A stretch of 63,741 bases of DNA, the filler included, from Octopus bimaculoides (lineage: Eukaryota): assembly GCF_001194135.2 (NCBI RefSeq). It is 4 parts of 4 records of this genome, joined end to end, with 100 filler letters (N's around TTAATTAATTAA, not from the genome) between each part and the next. Parts side by side here need not be neighbours in the genome. Positions count along the whole stretch, not along the records: positions 1 to 30,696 come from NC_068984.1; 3 more parts are not named here. One strand, written 5' to 3'. Each line of letters opens with the position of its first letter. Position 1 is the first letter of the stretch. The notes below the pieces were generated by a model. That model did not search any database. It worked only from the letters and a program-made list of their open reading frames with translations, and was not told the DNA's origin. Made by a program: the position numbers and the translations under genes. This document shows, one piece after another, positions 12,660-22,684 of this stretch.

Positions 12660-13223
12660 TAATGAAGAAAGAAATGAGAGAGAGAGAGCCAGAGTGAGAG
12701 ACAGAGAGAGAGAGAGAACCAGAGACAGAGACAGACATACAGACAAACAAACAGACAGACAGAGGGATTGTGGTGGAGAATGAAAGAAAGATAGAAAAGT
12801 AAAAAGAATAGAAGGAAGAAGAGGAGGAGCAAAGAGAGGGGTGGAGGATGTAGAGGAGGAGGAGTAAGCAGAAGGAGAGGAGGACGGGAAAGAAGAAGCA
12901 AAACAAGTGGAAGAAGAAGGAGAAGAGGAAGGAGAGGAAGAAGAAGGAGAAGAGGAAGGAGAGGAAGAAGAAGAAGAGTCAATGGGGTAGGGAGAGGCTA
13001 CTAAATAACTAGTAACAGAGTTAAATGAAATTACTTGTGAAGGTTAGTATGGAAGACTATAGGGACTGTTTGGATGCCGTTATATTTTGACACAGAGAGG
13101 AAGACAACAAAAGAGGTGAAAGAGAGATGCAGAATGTGAGGAGGAAGAGAAATAAGATGTGAGAGAGAGAGAGGTGGGGAGAAAGAGGGAGAAACAGAGA
13201 GAAGGAGAGAGAAAGAGAGAGAG

Positions 13224-13265
<42 letters not shown>

Positions 13266-13670
13266 AGGAAATAATGAAAGGGTTGATAAAGTAGTAGTGA
13301 AAGATGAAAATGAGAAAGAAAGGAAAGACAGAGAAAAAAGGAGTGAGAGAGAAAGGGGGAAATGATAAAGAAAGAGAGAGAGAGAGACTAAATAAAGAGG
13401 AGGTGGAGTAAGAAGAATAAAGTGATTAAAAGTGGGATAATTTGGAGAGCGTCTAAAGATTAATCCAAGAAAAATAAATAAGTGAAGGAAGAGACAAAGA
13501 TGGCTGGAGTGAATGAAAACAAAACAAAGAAAAAAAGAATCAATAAACAGAGAGAAAAAGCAAGACATTGAAGGATATCTAGAAAGTTTGAGAGGGGGAG
13601 AAGGAGAGAGAAAGTGAGCTGATTGGAGGTTTGGGGAGAGGGTAGTAGAAGGCGTGAGGTGCAAGGTTAT
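12660..13670. repeat. About 1-kb polypurine (GA/GAA/GGA) tract with an embedded (GT)n
   Basis: Strong strand asymmetry: the + strand is mostly A/G over much of the interval. Confidence 0.9.
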
Positions 13671-14060
13671 GGAGAAGGAACGTATTGATTGTAAAATCGA
13701 AATCTTCTAAACTGGAAACAGTACAACATTCGGTATTTATCAATGCTCTGTAAAATCAGGTTTTATCCCAGACAGGAATGTAGTTTTAAAGTCGAGTATC
13801 TAATACCAAGTTGTAGAAACAGACCAGAAGATCTCGATTATTATCGATAACATTGTGATGATATCCATTTGCTTTACTGTTCAAAGCCTGCTTCCAAACA
13901 AAGGCGATGTTTGTTTATTACAAGTTTTATTTACCAGCCTATTACTTATTAGTTCCTGAGATTATTCTGTTTATATAACTGAGATGAAAAAATATTTATT
14001 GGAGCTTCTAGACTTGCTCTATGAGAAAAATATCATGTCTGTTATTTTATTTATTGTTTT

Positions 14061-14230
14061 AGGCACAGGCATGGCTGTGTGGTAAGAAGCTTGCTTACCA
14101 ACATACCAACCACATAGTTTTAGCTTCAGTCCCACCACATGACACCTTGGACATGTATTTTCTAATATAGACTTCAGACTGACCAAAGCCTCATCAGTGA
14201 ATTTGGTGGACAGAAACTGAAAGAAGTTTA
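14061..14230 (+). mobile_element. SINE family A head fragment
   Basis: GGCACAGGCATGGCTGTGTGGTAAGAAGCTTGCTTACC...GAAACTGAAAGAAG. Confidence 0.85.
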
Positions 14231-14589
14231 GCGTATGTATGTATATATATATATATATATATATATAATACAGAATGGGACAAGAACGCAAAACATCAAG
14301 ATAGTTAGGTGATACAAGAAAGGGACAACAAAACATCCAGATAGACAATACAAAGAAAACACGGAGAGGTCATTCGGAGCTTTCTCTCTTCAGTCGAGAT
14401 CCAGATTATCTTTGCAATTTCAGCTAGTTATTCTCGATATTGCTCCAATCTGGCCAGCCCCAAGGAAAAACTAAGCTAAGAGCATTAGATTCCTTGGAAG
14501 AAAGCAGCAAATGTATACAAAAACAAGGATGGAAAAAAACGAAAAATGTTACACAAATACAGTAGGAATAATAACAGGACAAACCAATA

Positions 14590-14850
14590 TATATATACAT
14601 TATTGTGTCTGGGTTGAGTCATTCTCTTTTAGTGTTTTATTACTTAACACACAGACACTGGTTCGATTTCCACTCATTTACTTATTTATTTTTTCTAAAA
14701 TTTTTGTTGCCTCTTGCAAATTCTTCAATAGCCACAAAAATTTTAAGGAAGATAAATAAGTAAATGAATGGAAATTGAACCAGTGAGTGTGTTGAGTAAT
14801 AAGGCACAAAAAGAGAATGACTCTCCCCAGACAATAAAATATACTTCAAC
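14590..14850. mobile_element. Foldback element with arms of about 120 bp
   Basis: GAGTCATTCTCTTT...CACTGGTTCGATTTCCACTCATTTACTTATTTAT...AAAATTTTTGT versus its reverse complement ACAAAAATTTT...ATAAATAAGTAAATGAATGGAAATTGAACCAGTG...AAAGAGAATGACTC. Confidence 0.85.
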
Positions 14851-14994
14851 ACACGAATTCACATAAAGAATCTTGCATACTAAATACAAAAACGAAATAT
14901 ATATCCATATATATATACATACTTTCACTTCAAGTTAGTAAGGTGTGCTAATAATTGCGCTCTCTCAACACATTATGGAGATCAAAGCTTTTCT

Positions 14995-15375
14995 TTTGCT
15001 TGTTTCAGTCACTGGATTACGGCCTTGCTGGAGCACTGCCTTCATTTGAATTTATCTACTCCAGTACTTTTTTTTTTCTTCTTTTCTAAGCCTGGTACTT
15101 ACTATATTGATTTTCACTAACTGAACTGCTAAGTTTCAGGGGATATAAGCACACCATACCAGTTGCCAAGCATTGGTGGGGGGACAAAGACAGACATAAA
15201 GACACACACACACACACACACACACATACACATACATATGAGGGTTTCTTTCAGTTTCTGTCTAACAAATCTCCTCACAAGGTTTTGGTCAGCCCAAGTA
15301 GAAGGCACTTTCCTAAGGTGCCATGCAGTGAAACTAAACTTTGAACAATGTGAAACTATACCTTGAACAATGTGC
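14995..15375 (-). mobile_element. SINE family A, decayed near-full copy
   Basis: Tail TGTTTCAGTCA...CTGGAGCAC, central microsatellite and head are all recognisable. Confidence 0.8.
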
Positions 15376-15477
15376 TTATTTTATGCTGTATATAACTGTA
15401 AACTAAAATATAAAAATAAAAAAATAAATATACAAGTCTCCATTCTTCATATTATTAATATTATTATACACCCTAAG

Positions 15478-15548
15478 GAAGACATACTGTACTAGCAGGA
15501 TACGCGGGATTACTGAACAGGAAAATTTACCAGTGACTACAATACATG
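15478..15548 (+). CDS. Candidate 71-nt internal exon, unknown gene
   Basis: CCCTAAG|G...CATG|GTAAGC. The only stop-free frame is (R)KTYCTSRIRGITEQENLPVTTIH(G). No recognisable homology. Confidence 0.2.
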
Positions 15549-15613
15549 GTAAGCATTGGCATTGGATACTGACCGTTGTGGTTAGCCAGCATCTGGACCC
15601 AAACAGCAGATAT

Positions 15614-15934
15614 AAATGATACCGTGATTTCAGATTAATTAGACAGTATCACTGAATTACCAATATTCAGATCATCTCTACTAGAACGCAGAAAGGTTAA
15701 GTCAATTAAATCAACCATAACAAATATGAAAACCATTTTGTGTAGTTTGATATTGTACCACAAATCTATCACTCAATTTTTGAATAAGGAATGATAGTTT
15801 CAGTAGAACCTTATAGCTTAACGGTGAACATCCTGCTTGTGTGTCAATCCTTACCTCCTGTGATTTAGTTCTTGAAGAAAATACGACTGGATTTGTTTGG
15901 TGTAAAGATTTAGCTTTCAGATTAGCTTCAATTT
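15614..15934 (-). repeat. Inverted copy of 10527-10853
   Basis: See the partner feature. Confidence 0.9.
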
Positions 15935-15964
15935 GTGGATGCATGATACATAAGTACATGTGTG

Positions 15965-16039
<75 letters not shown>

Positions 16040-16464
16040 ATATATATATGTATATATATATTTATATATATGTATGTGTATATATATATGTATGTATATA
16101 TGTATGTATGTATATANNNNNNNNNNNNNNNNNNNNNNNNNNNNNNNNNNNNNNNNNNNNNNNNNNNNNNNNNNNNNNNNNNNNNNNNNNNNNNNNNNNN
16201 NNNNNNNNNNNNNNNNNNNNNNNNNNNNNNNNNNNNNNNNNNNNNNNNNNNNNNNNNNNNNNNNNNNNNNNNNNNNNNNNNNNNNNNNNNNNNNNNNNNN
16301 NNNNNNNNNNNNNNNNNNNNNNNNNNNNNNNNNNNNNNNNNNNNNNNNNNNNNNNNNNNNNNNNNNNNNNNNNNNNNNNNNNNNNNNNNNNNNNNNNNNN
16401 NNNNNNNNNNNNNNNNNNNNNNNNNNNNNNNNNNNNNNNNNNNNNNNNNNNNNNNNNNNNNNNN

Positions 16465-16519
<55 letters not shown>

Positions 16520-16525
<6 letters not shown>

Positions 16526-16750
16526 GTTTTGCAAGATTCCTGATGTGATCTCGTGTGTTGGAACAGATATTGATTGTTGTATTTGGGGATGGTCATGTTA
16601 ACAGTTTAGCCAGAAAATAACCACACGCACTATATATATGGTGTTCACTTATTTCAGATTTATTTTATATTAATCGCATTTCAGCCAGAGTTCTTTCGGT
16701 ACACTTCTGTGACCTCATCAGTGGTCCTTTGCTTTCTTCTTTCTTTTTTA
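16520..16750 (-). repeat. Dispersed repeat carrying a hammerhead motif (related pieces at 28630-28900 and 42030-42130); Penelope-like terminal repeat inferred
   Basis: TTTTGCAAGATTCCTGA..GTG...TCGTGTGT..GGATGGT is shared with 28636 and 42050. Confidence 0.75.
16683..16727 (-). ncRNA. Minimal type I hammerhead ribozyme, intact core
   Basis: Minus strand: CCA-CTGATGA-GGTCAC(AGAA)GTGTACC-GAAA-G(AA)C-TC^TGG. This gives stem I CCA/TGG, a canonical core, stem II with one bulge, a minimal stem III and a CUC cleavage triplet. Confidence 0.7.
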
Positions 16751-16865
16751 TGTGTCTCTCCTTACTAATGATCTGCCATTTTGTATTCCTATTGTATGTG
16801 TCTTTCTTTGCACATGTGCAAATCCCTGTGTGTGTCTATGTTTAGTAAGTGTGTGTGTATGTGTG

Positions 16866-17325
16866 GAAATGTGTAAGCTATGGACACATAGAGGGTGCAG
16901 CAATATCAAAGGAAGGTTAACCGGGAAAATAGTTTTTGCGTGTGGCAGATGCACTGGGACAATAAACACTGAAGATGTACAGAAAACAGATCCAATCACA
17001 TGCCAGAGAGAGAAACTAGTAGTAGTTAATAGCTTCTGGTACCTAGGCGACCAAGTCTGTAGTGGGGGTGGTTGCTCTGACAGTGTAGCGACTAGAGTAA
17101 GAATAGCCTGGGCAAGGTTCAGGGAGCTCCTACTTCTGCTGGCAACTGAGGGCCTCTCACTCAGAGTAAAAGGTAGACTGTATGATGCATGTGTGCAAAC
17201 TGCCATGTTACACAGCAGTGAAACATGGGCCGTGGATGCTGAGGGCATGTGTAGGGTTGAAAGAAATGAAGCTAGTATGATCTGCTAGATGTGTAATGTC
17301 AGTGTGCATACACAACAGAGTGTAC
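16866..17325 (+). mobile_element. RTE-clade LINE fragment (RT C-terminus)
   Basis: ORF 16752-17288: CKLWTHRGCS...LVVVNSFWYLGDQV...RVRIAWARFRELL...KGRLYDACVQTAMLHSSETW (F-x-YLG, AW-x-F and YGSETW-like motifs of RTE RT). Confidence 0.92.
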
Positions 17326-17665
17326 CTTCATGTTCTGAGTTCAACTCCTACCAATGTCAACTTTGTCTTTCATCCTTTCAGGCATGATAAAATAAGTACC
17401 AGTTGAGTACTGTGGTCAATATAATCAATTTACCTCTTCCCTCAAAATTACAGCCCTTGTACCAAAATTTGAAGCCAATATTTGATAGCCACAAATATTT
17501 GTTATAATATATTTTAATATATATTCTGCCAAAGTTGACTTTGCCTTTCATCCTTTTAGGGTTGATAAATTAAGTACCAGTTGCGTACTGGTGTTGATCT
17601 AATCGACTGGCTTCCTCCCCAAAAATTTCATGCTTTGTGCCTAGAGCAGAAAAGAATATATTTTA
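17326..17665 (+). mobile_element. Two tandem partial copies of SINE family B (Nin/Deu-like core)
   Basis: Each has ACTTTG(C/T)CTTTCATCCTTT..GG..GATAAA..AAGTACCAGTTG, resembling the Nin/DeuSINE central domain. Confidence 0.8.
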
Positions 17666-17711
17666 AACATATTATATAGAATGGTTTACTTTCACTATTA
17701 ATATTCCATGT

Positions 17712-18015
17712 GAAGATGCATGTTTCTGTGGTTAGAGTGTTACGCTCACAATCATAAGGTAGTGAGTTCAATTCCAGAGCAGGCTGTGTGTTGTGTTCTT
17801 GAGCATGGCACTTTATTTCACATTGCTCCAGTTCACTCAGCTGTAGAAGAAATGAGTTGTGACATCATTGGTGCCAAGCTGTATCATCCTTTTACTTTCC
17901 CTGGGATAACACCAGGGGCATGTAGAGAGAAGGTTGGTTTACAGCTAATTTCCATAAAAAAAAACCTTACCCAGACTTGTGCCTTGGAAGGGAACTTTCT
18001 AGGTGCAATCTCATA
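17712..18015 (+). mobile_element. tRNA-derived SINE (family C-like)
   Basis: GTGGTTAGAGTGTT...GTGAGTTCAATTCC...GTTCTTGAGCATGGCACTTTATTTCAC...CCAGTTCACTCAGCTG. Confidence 0.75.
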
Positions 18016-18267
18016 GTCCATTAATGCCCTTCTTAACCTTTATATTGTACATGAGCAATTTTTTTTTTCAATAACCAAATTTGTATAACTCACAAACCCC
18101 ACAAATAATTTGTATATAAACCTTTAAATAAACAATACTTTAAAAAAAACCTCAAAAGTGGTTGCCAAATTTGATAACCACTAATAACAATATACCTGAG
18201 CTGTATCCAAGAAGTTCGATATCTGTTCATATCTCCATAAGGGCTATTTACAAATATCTATTCACAC

Positions 18268-18476
18268 CTTGAGAATTGGTAACTGATGGAATTTATAGAC
18301 ATTTGTTTATACCTTGAGTATTGATATCCAATAGTATTTATAGACATATGTTTACATGAACTTGAAGAACAGACTTGAAAACGACGGTGTCTAAAGGTAC
18401 TGTATGGTGACAGCTTGAAAGTACTGCACGATGTGTGAAAGCACTGGAAAGAAGGATGTAAACTTTGAAATTTTAT
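18268..18476 (-). CDS. Candidate coding exon with alternative in-phase donors (exon ends 18313, 18268 or 18196), unknown gene
   Basis: Acceptor ATTCTCCAG|A at 18476. The phase-0 frame is open for 72 codons (IKFQSLHPSFQCFHTSCSTFKLSPYSTFRHRRFQVC...YQFSRCE*). Donors are AAG|GTATAA, AAG|GTGTGA and CAG|GTATAT. Confidence 0.3.
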
Positions 18477-18761
18477 CTGGAGAATTGATGTTTGTTTACA
18501 TTGTGGAGATTGCTACATCCATTGATATTTCGTAGTGTCACTTGTCTTCTAATTTATTACAAACCATTGCACATTATGTGTCACAAGGGCAGCATACAGG
18601 CAAAAGCAAAAACAATATAATAATAATAATAGTAGTAGTATTAGTAGTAGTCGTAGCAGCAACAGCAAAAATAATAATAACAAAAATAATAATAACAATA
18701 ATAATAATAATAATAATAGCAGTAGTAGCAGTAGCAGTAGTAATAATAATAATGATAAACA

Positions 18762-19200
18762 TGTGAAGGCGCGTGGCTTAGTGGTTAGGGGCATTCAGCT
18801 AATGATCATGAGGTCGTGAGTTCAATTCCCACTGCCGCGCTGTGTCCTTGAGCAAGACACTTTATTTCACGTTGCTTCAGTCCACTCAGCTGGCAAAAAT
18901 GAGTAGTACCTGTATTTCAAAGGGCTGGCCTCGTCACATCCATCCATACATACATACATACATAGTAGAGAAGCGTGACTTAGTGGTCAGAGTGTTGGAC
19001 TCCTGATCGTAAGGTTGTAGTTTTGATTCCTGAATTAGGTGACAGATGTTCTTGAACAAAAGACTTCATTTCATGTTGCGCCACTCCACTCAGCTGACAA
19101 AATTGAGTAATCCTGTGATGGACTAGCATCCCATCCAAGTGGGGAAATATATAAGTCATGGACAAAGGGAAACCAGCCTTTATGACTCTAGAAGATGACT
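18762..19200 (+). mobile_element. Two adjacent tRNA-derived SINE copies (family C-like)
   Basis: Heads GGCGCGTGGCTTAGTGGTTAGGG...GAGTTCAATTCCC (18767) and AGCGTGACTTAGTGGTCAGAG (18972). The second contains GATGGACTAGCATCCCATCC. Confidence 0.8.
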
Positions 19201-19234
19201 TTACTTTACTTTCTTTTTTACATACATACATACA

Positions 19235-19450
19235 TACGAATTAATGCAGAACTTACAACTCCTGTACCCTGACTATGAATTCTCATGTGACTGATCATCA
19301 TAGGTGCATTAAGTTATGCACCAACAAACTTGCACAAAAACCTAGAAATATTCAGTTTGACGGGGAAATAGCAAAAGAAATTAATGTGGAGTTTCCAAAT
19401 CCAATCTATTAGTGGCACAGTGAAGATATGTAAGACATTCCAAAAATTCT
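19235..19450 (+). mobile_element. Decayed 3' end of an RLE-type (R4/Dong-like) non-LTR retrotransposon ORF
   Basis: YELMQNLQLLYPDYEF..IIIGALSYAPTNLHKNL...QIQSISGTVKICKTF resembles the KYxxLxxEL..PIVIGALG..LLGTxxILRKVL end motif. Confidence 0.65.
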
Positions 19451-19879
19451 CCACCTCAGATTCTTATGTGAATTGATGCACATACTTGGTTGTATGCATT
19501 GACAGTTTAACCAACACACCAACTCATCCACATATTTACAAACACTGAGAACTCTCTTAATTCAAAATGACTTGTCACTTTGTTAGAGAACACCTTGAAC
19601 CCTCTCAGGAAGAACTTAAATAAAACTCAAAGGAAAAACATAGATACATACATACTTGCAACTATATGCATGAGAATGCATACATAAAACAAAACATATA
19701 CAAATCTGCACATGCACTGACTCCAAATACTGCACATATAAGCGCATACATGCAAAAATGCTCTGTTGATGTTGTTGAAATTCCAATGAAGAACTTTTGT
19801 ACTTAGGTTAGAAACCTGCTCTTTTGTTATTGGTGAGAAATCTTGAAATAAAACTAAATAATGATGTGCACATACATAC

Positions 19880-20047
19880 CTATCAGATGGGCTTCTTTCA
19901 GTTTCTACCAACCAAATCCATTGACAAGGCTTTGGTTGGCTAGGGGTTATAATAAAAGATACTTGCCAAAGGTACCACACAGTGGAACTGAACCTAGAAC
20001 CACTAGATTAGGAAACAAATTATTTTACCACACAACTAAGCCTACAC
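19880..20047 (-). mobile_element. SINE family A head fragment
   Basis: GGGCTTCTTTCAGTTTCTACCAACCAAATCCA...CTTGCCAAAGGTACCACACAGTGGAACTGAACC. Confidence 0.85.
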
Positions 20048-20186
20048 CTTTGAGCTATTACGCCTCATTATGCTTGTATCTCCTCAACACATGCACTACA
20101 CTCCCTTGTTTTGTGACAAGTACCAGTAAAGTATTGGGGTCCATTCTACAGTCTGATTGGTATTATACTTATCAAGTATCTAAACA

Positions 20187-20460
20187 ATGAATGCACATGG
20201 CCTAGTGGTTAGGCTGTTGCTCTCATGATTGCTAGACCATGGGTTTAATTGGGTGGTGTGTTGTGTTCTTGAGCAAAGCATGACATTTCAAATTGGTCCA
20301 GTCCCCCTTCGATCGGTGGGGAATTGTTGGCCTGCTCACCTTGCCAGCGGAGGGGGAGGGACGTTCATTTGAAGGCTAAAACAATGCATAATGCATTGTG
20401 ATCAGCGATGTGTAACAAGATTTGATAACCTTGTCAGACACATAATCATGTGAATATCTA
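20187..20460 (+). mobile_element. Decayed tRNA-derived SINE
   Basis: ATGGCCTAGTGGTTAGG...GTGTTCTTGAGCAAAGC. Confidence 0.6.
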
Positions 20461-20803
20461 AATAATCAAATGGTTTTATTCCATTTTCAACAACATTGTT
20501 CTGCTTTTTCAGACAAATGAAATCTCAACAACGCATGGTGATATTGTTGGCATTATTTAACCTCCAATCCACAAGTGAAACATATCATTTTTTTAGAGGT
20601 ATCTAGCACTGTGTTCTTCCTAAATTTAAGATAACACTGTAATACAAGGGATATTTGGTTGCTATTTCTAGCAAATTAGGTGTCCACATAGATACTCCTT
20701 CATTGACCTGGCTGTCCTCTTATATTGATTACAAAAGTAGCAGAGAGCACTTTATGATTGATGAGTGTTTTGTTAACATAAAATGATATGTTTAAATTCC
20801 CAG

Positions 20804-20853
20804 GAGGAACTGGAGTAAATAACACTCAACCATTTTATTATATCTGGCCTTGA
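20804..20853 (+). CDS. Candidate terminal exon
   Basis: ATTCCCAG|GA GGA ACT...TGG CCT TGA encodes (G)GTGVNNTQPFYYIWP*. AATAAA lies at 20884. It is phase-compatible with 15478-15548. Confidence 0.2.
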
Positions 20854-21441
20854 ATAATTGCATACAGATGAAATCTGTAATGCAATAAAAAAAGGCTGAG
20901 AAACCAATGAGAAGATACAGAGTCTTTAATACTTCACTGGAAATAATATACAGAATAGAGAATCTTTGTTCAGCTTCCTGTCTGTTGTTCCATGTTGGTA
21001 TAGGCTAGATCAGGGGTTTTCAACCATTTTCTATCTTTGATTACTATTTTATTCTGGTGGACTCCCTTAGCCATTCGATAATTAAAAACTAGTTTTATAG
21101 AAATTTCTTTCAAAATTTCACATGTGAAATTTGACTGGTGACTATTGGTGCTGCCACCTATGGTTGCTTTCAGAGTAAGAGACAGGAAGAGAGAAATTTC
21201 CTTTAAGAGGAAAGAACTGTTCAGGACTTATAATGTTTTATTTCTTAGTTTTTTGCATTATTATTATATGATGACTTTTTCTTATGAGTAAGAGAACATA
21301 TGAAAGGATATTTCCATACAATTCGTTGTTTTTCTCTTGTTTTTTTTTCGTTTTGGATGTCCTAGCAGCTGCACATAATGTTATTTCACTCTTATTGGAG
21401 CTTATCAATACAACATAACCTCTACTCATTTACTAATTTAC

Positions 21442-22176
21442 TTGTTTCAGTCATTTGACTGTGGCCATGCTGGAGCACCACCTTTAGTCGAGCAAATCGA
21501 CCCCAGGACTTATTCTTTGTAAGCCTAGTACTTATTCTATCGGTCTCTTTTTGCCGAACCGCTAAGTTACAGGGACGTAAACACACCAGCCTCGGTTGTC
21601 AAGCGATGGTGGGGAGGACGGCTTGCAAAGACCTGTTGGGGCAAGTAAAAGTGAAACCGTGATGACACCTGTGCCCAGCGCCGGTGGCATGTGTAAAGAC
21701 ATTCGAGCGAGATCATTGCCAGTGCCACTGGACTGGCTCCTATGCAGGTGGCACATAAAATACACCATTTTCAGTGTGGCCGTTGCCAGTACCGCCTGAC
21801 TGGCCTTCGTGCCGGTGGCACGTAAAAGCACCCACTACACTCTCGGAGTGGTTGACGCTAGGAAGAGCATCCAGCTGTAGGAACTCTGCCAAATCAGATT
21901 GGAGCCTGGTGTAGCCCTCTGGTTCACCACTCCTCATTCAAATCGTCTAACCCATGCTAGCATGGAAAGTGGACGTTAAATGATGAATGATGATGATGAT
22001 GATACATATATACGATGGGCTACTTTCAGTTTCCCTCTACCAAATCCACTCACAAGGCTTTGGTCAGCCTGAGGCTATAGTAGAAGACACTTGCCCAAGG
22101 TGCCACGCAGTGGGACTGAACCCAGAACCATGTGGTTAGCAAGCAAGCTACTTACCACACAGCCACTCCTGTGCCT
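21442..22176 (-). mobile_element. SINE family A, full length, split by an RTE 3' fragment
   Basis: Tail at 21442-21609 and head at 22005-22176, both collinear with 8142-8459. Confidence 0.9.
21610..22004 (+). mobile_element. RTE 3' UTR with (GAT)n tail
   Basis: Reverse complement of 24782-25220, which adjoins RTE coding sequence. Ends CCATGCTAGCATGGAAAGTGGACGTTAAA(TGA)n. Confidence 0.85.
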
Positions 22177-22684
22177 ATTTTGCCTTTTACACATTAATTT
22201 GTGTAAGTTGCACTATATAAAATGTTAGTGAAAGAAACTTTATTTCTTGCAACACATACCAATAGATATATCAAATGCAAAAATTTTTCAGTGGCCCTTA
22301 AAATACTATTAGGGTTCCCCAATTTATTATTTTGTTGCATGAATCCCTAAAAATCATATATGGATCCCCAGGGGCCATATAGACCCCAGTTGAGAACCCC
22401 CGGGCTCGATGAATATATCAGTAAAGCATTGTATTCTTCTATAGCTGGATGCCCTTCCTGTTGCTAACTTGTCCCAGTTTTTTTCAGTTAAGGGAACACT
22501 TATTTTACATATGTTTTGAGGGCATAAATCCCTCGAGAGATTTATTGACAAGAGAAATAACAACAACATCACTGCTTGCTGCTCCCAATATTCAGAGAAT
22601 ATACAAACAAGCATACAGATACATACATGCACCTATCACACATACTCTCACATTTATATATTTATACATTTACATGTATACATA

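Larger units (their letters stand above)
21011..22402. mobile_element. Non-autonomous hAT (Buster/Charlie-like) element containing nested insertions
   Basis: TIRs CAGGGGTTTTCAAC / GTTGAGAACCCCCG. The 8-bp flanks GGCTAGAT (21003-21010) and GGCTCGAT (22403-22410) are 7/8 identical, with a central TA in the left copy. Confidence 0.85.

Noticed and set aside
14360-14400. Minus-strand CTGAAGA-GAG(AAAG)CTC-CGAAT resembling a hammerhead
   Set aside because: Lacks GAAA and a stem I/III closure.
15478-15548. Resemblance of ...LPVTTIHG to DEAD-box helicase motif IV region
   Set aside because: Only IHG is shared, and no other helicase motifs were found in the window.
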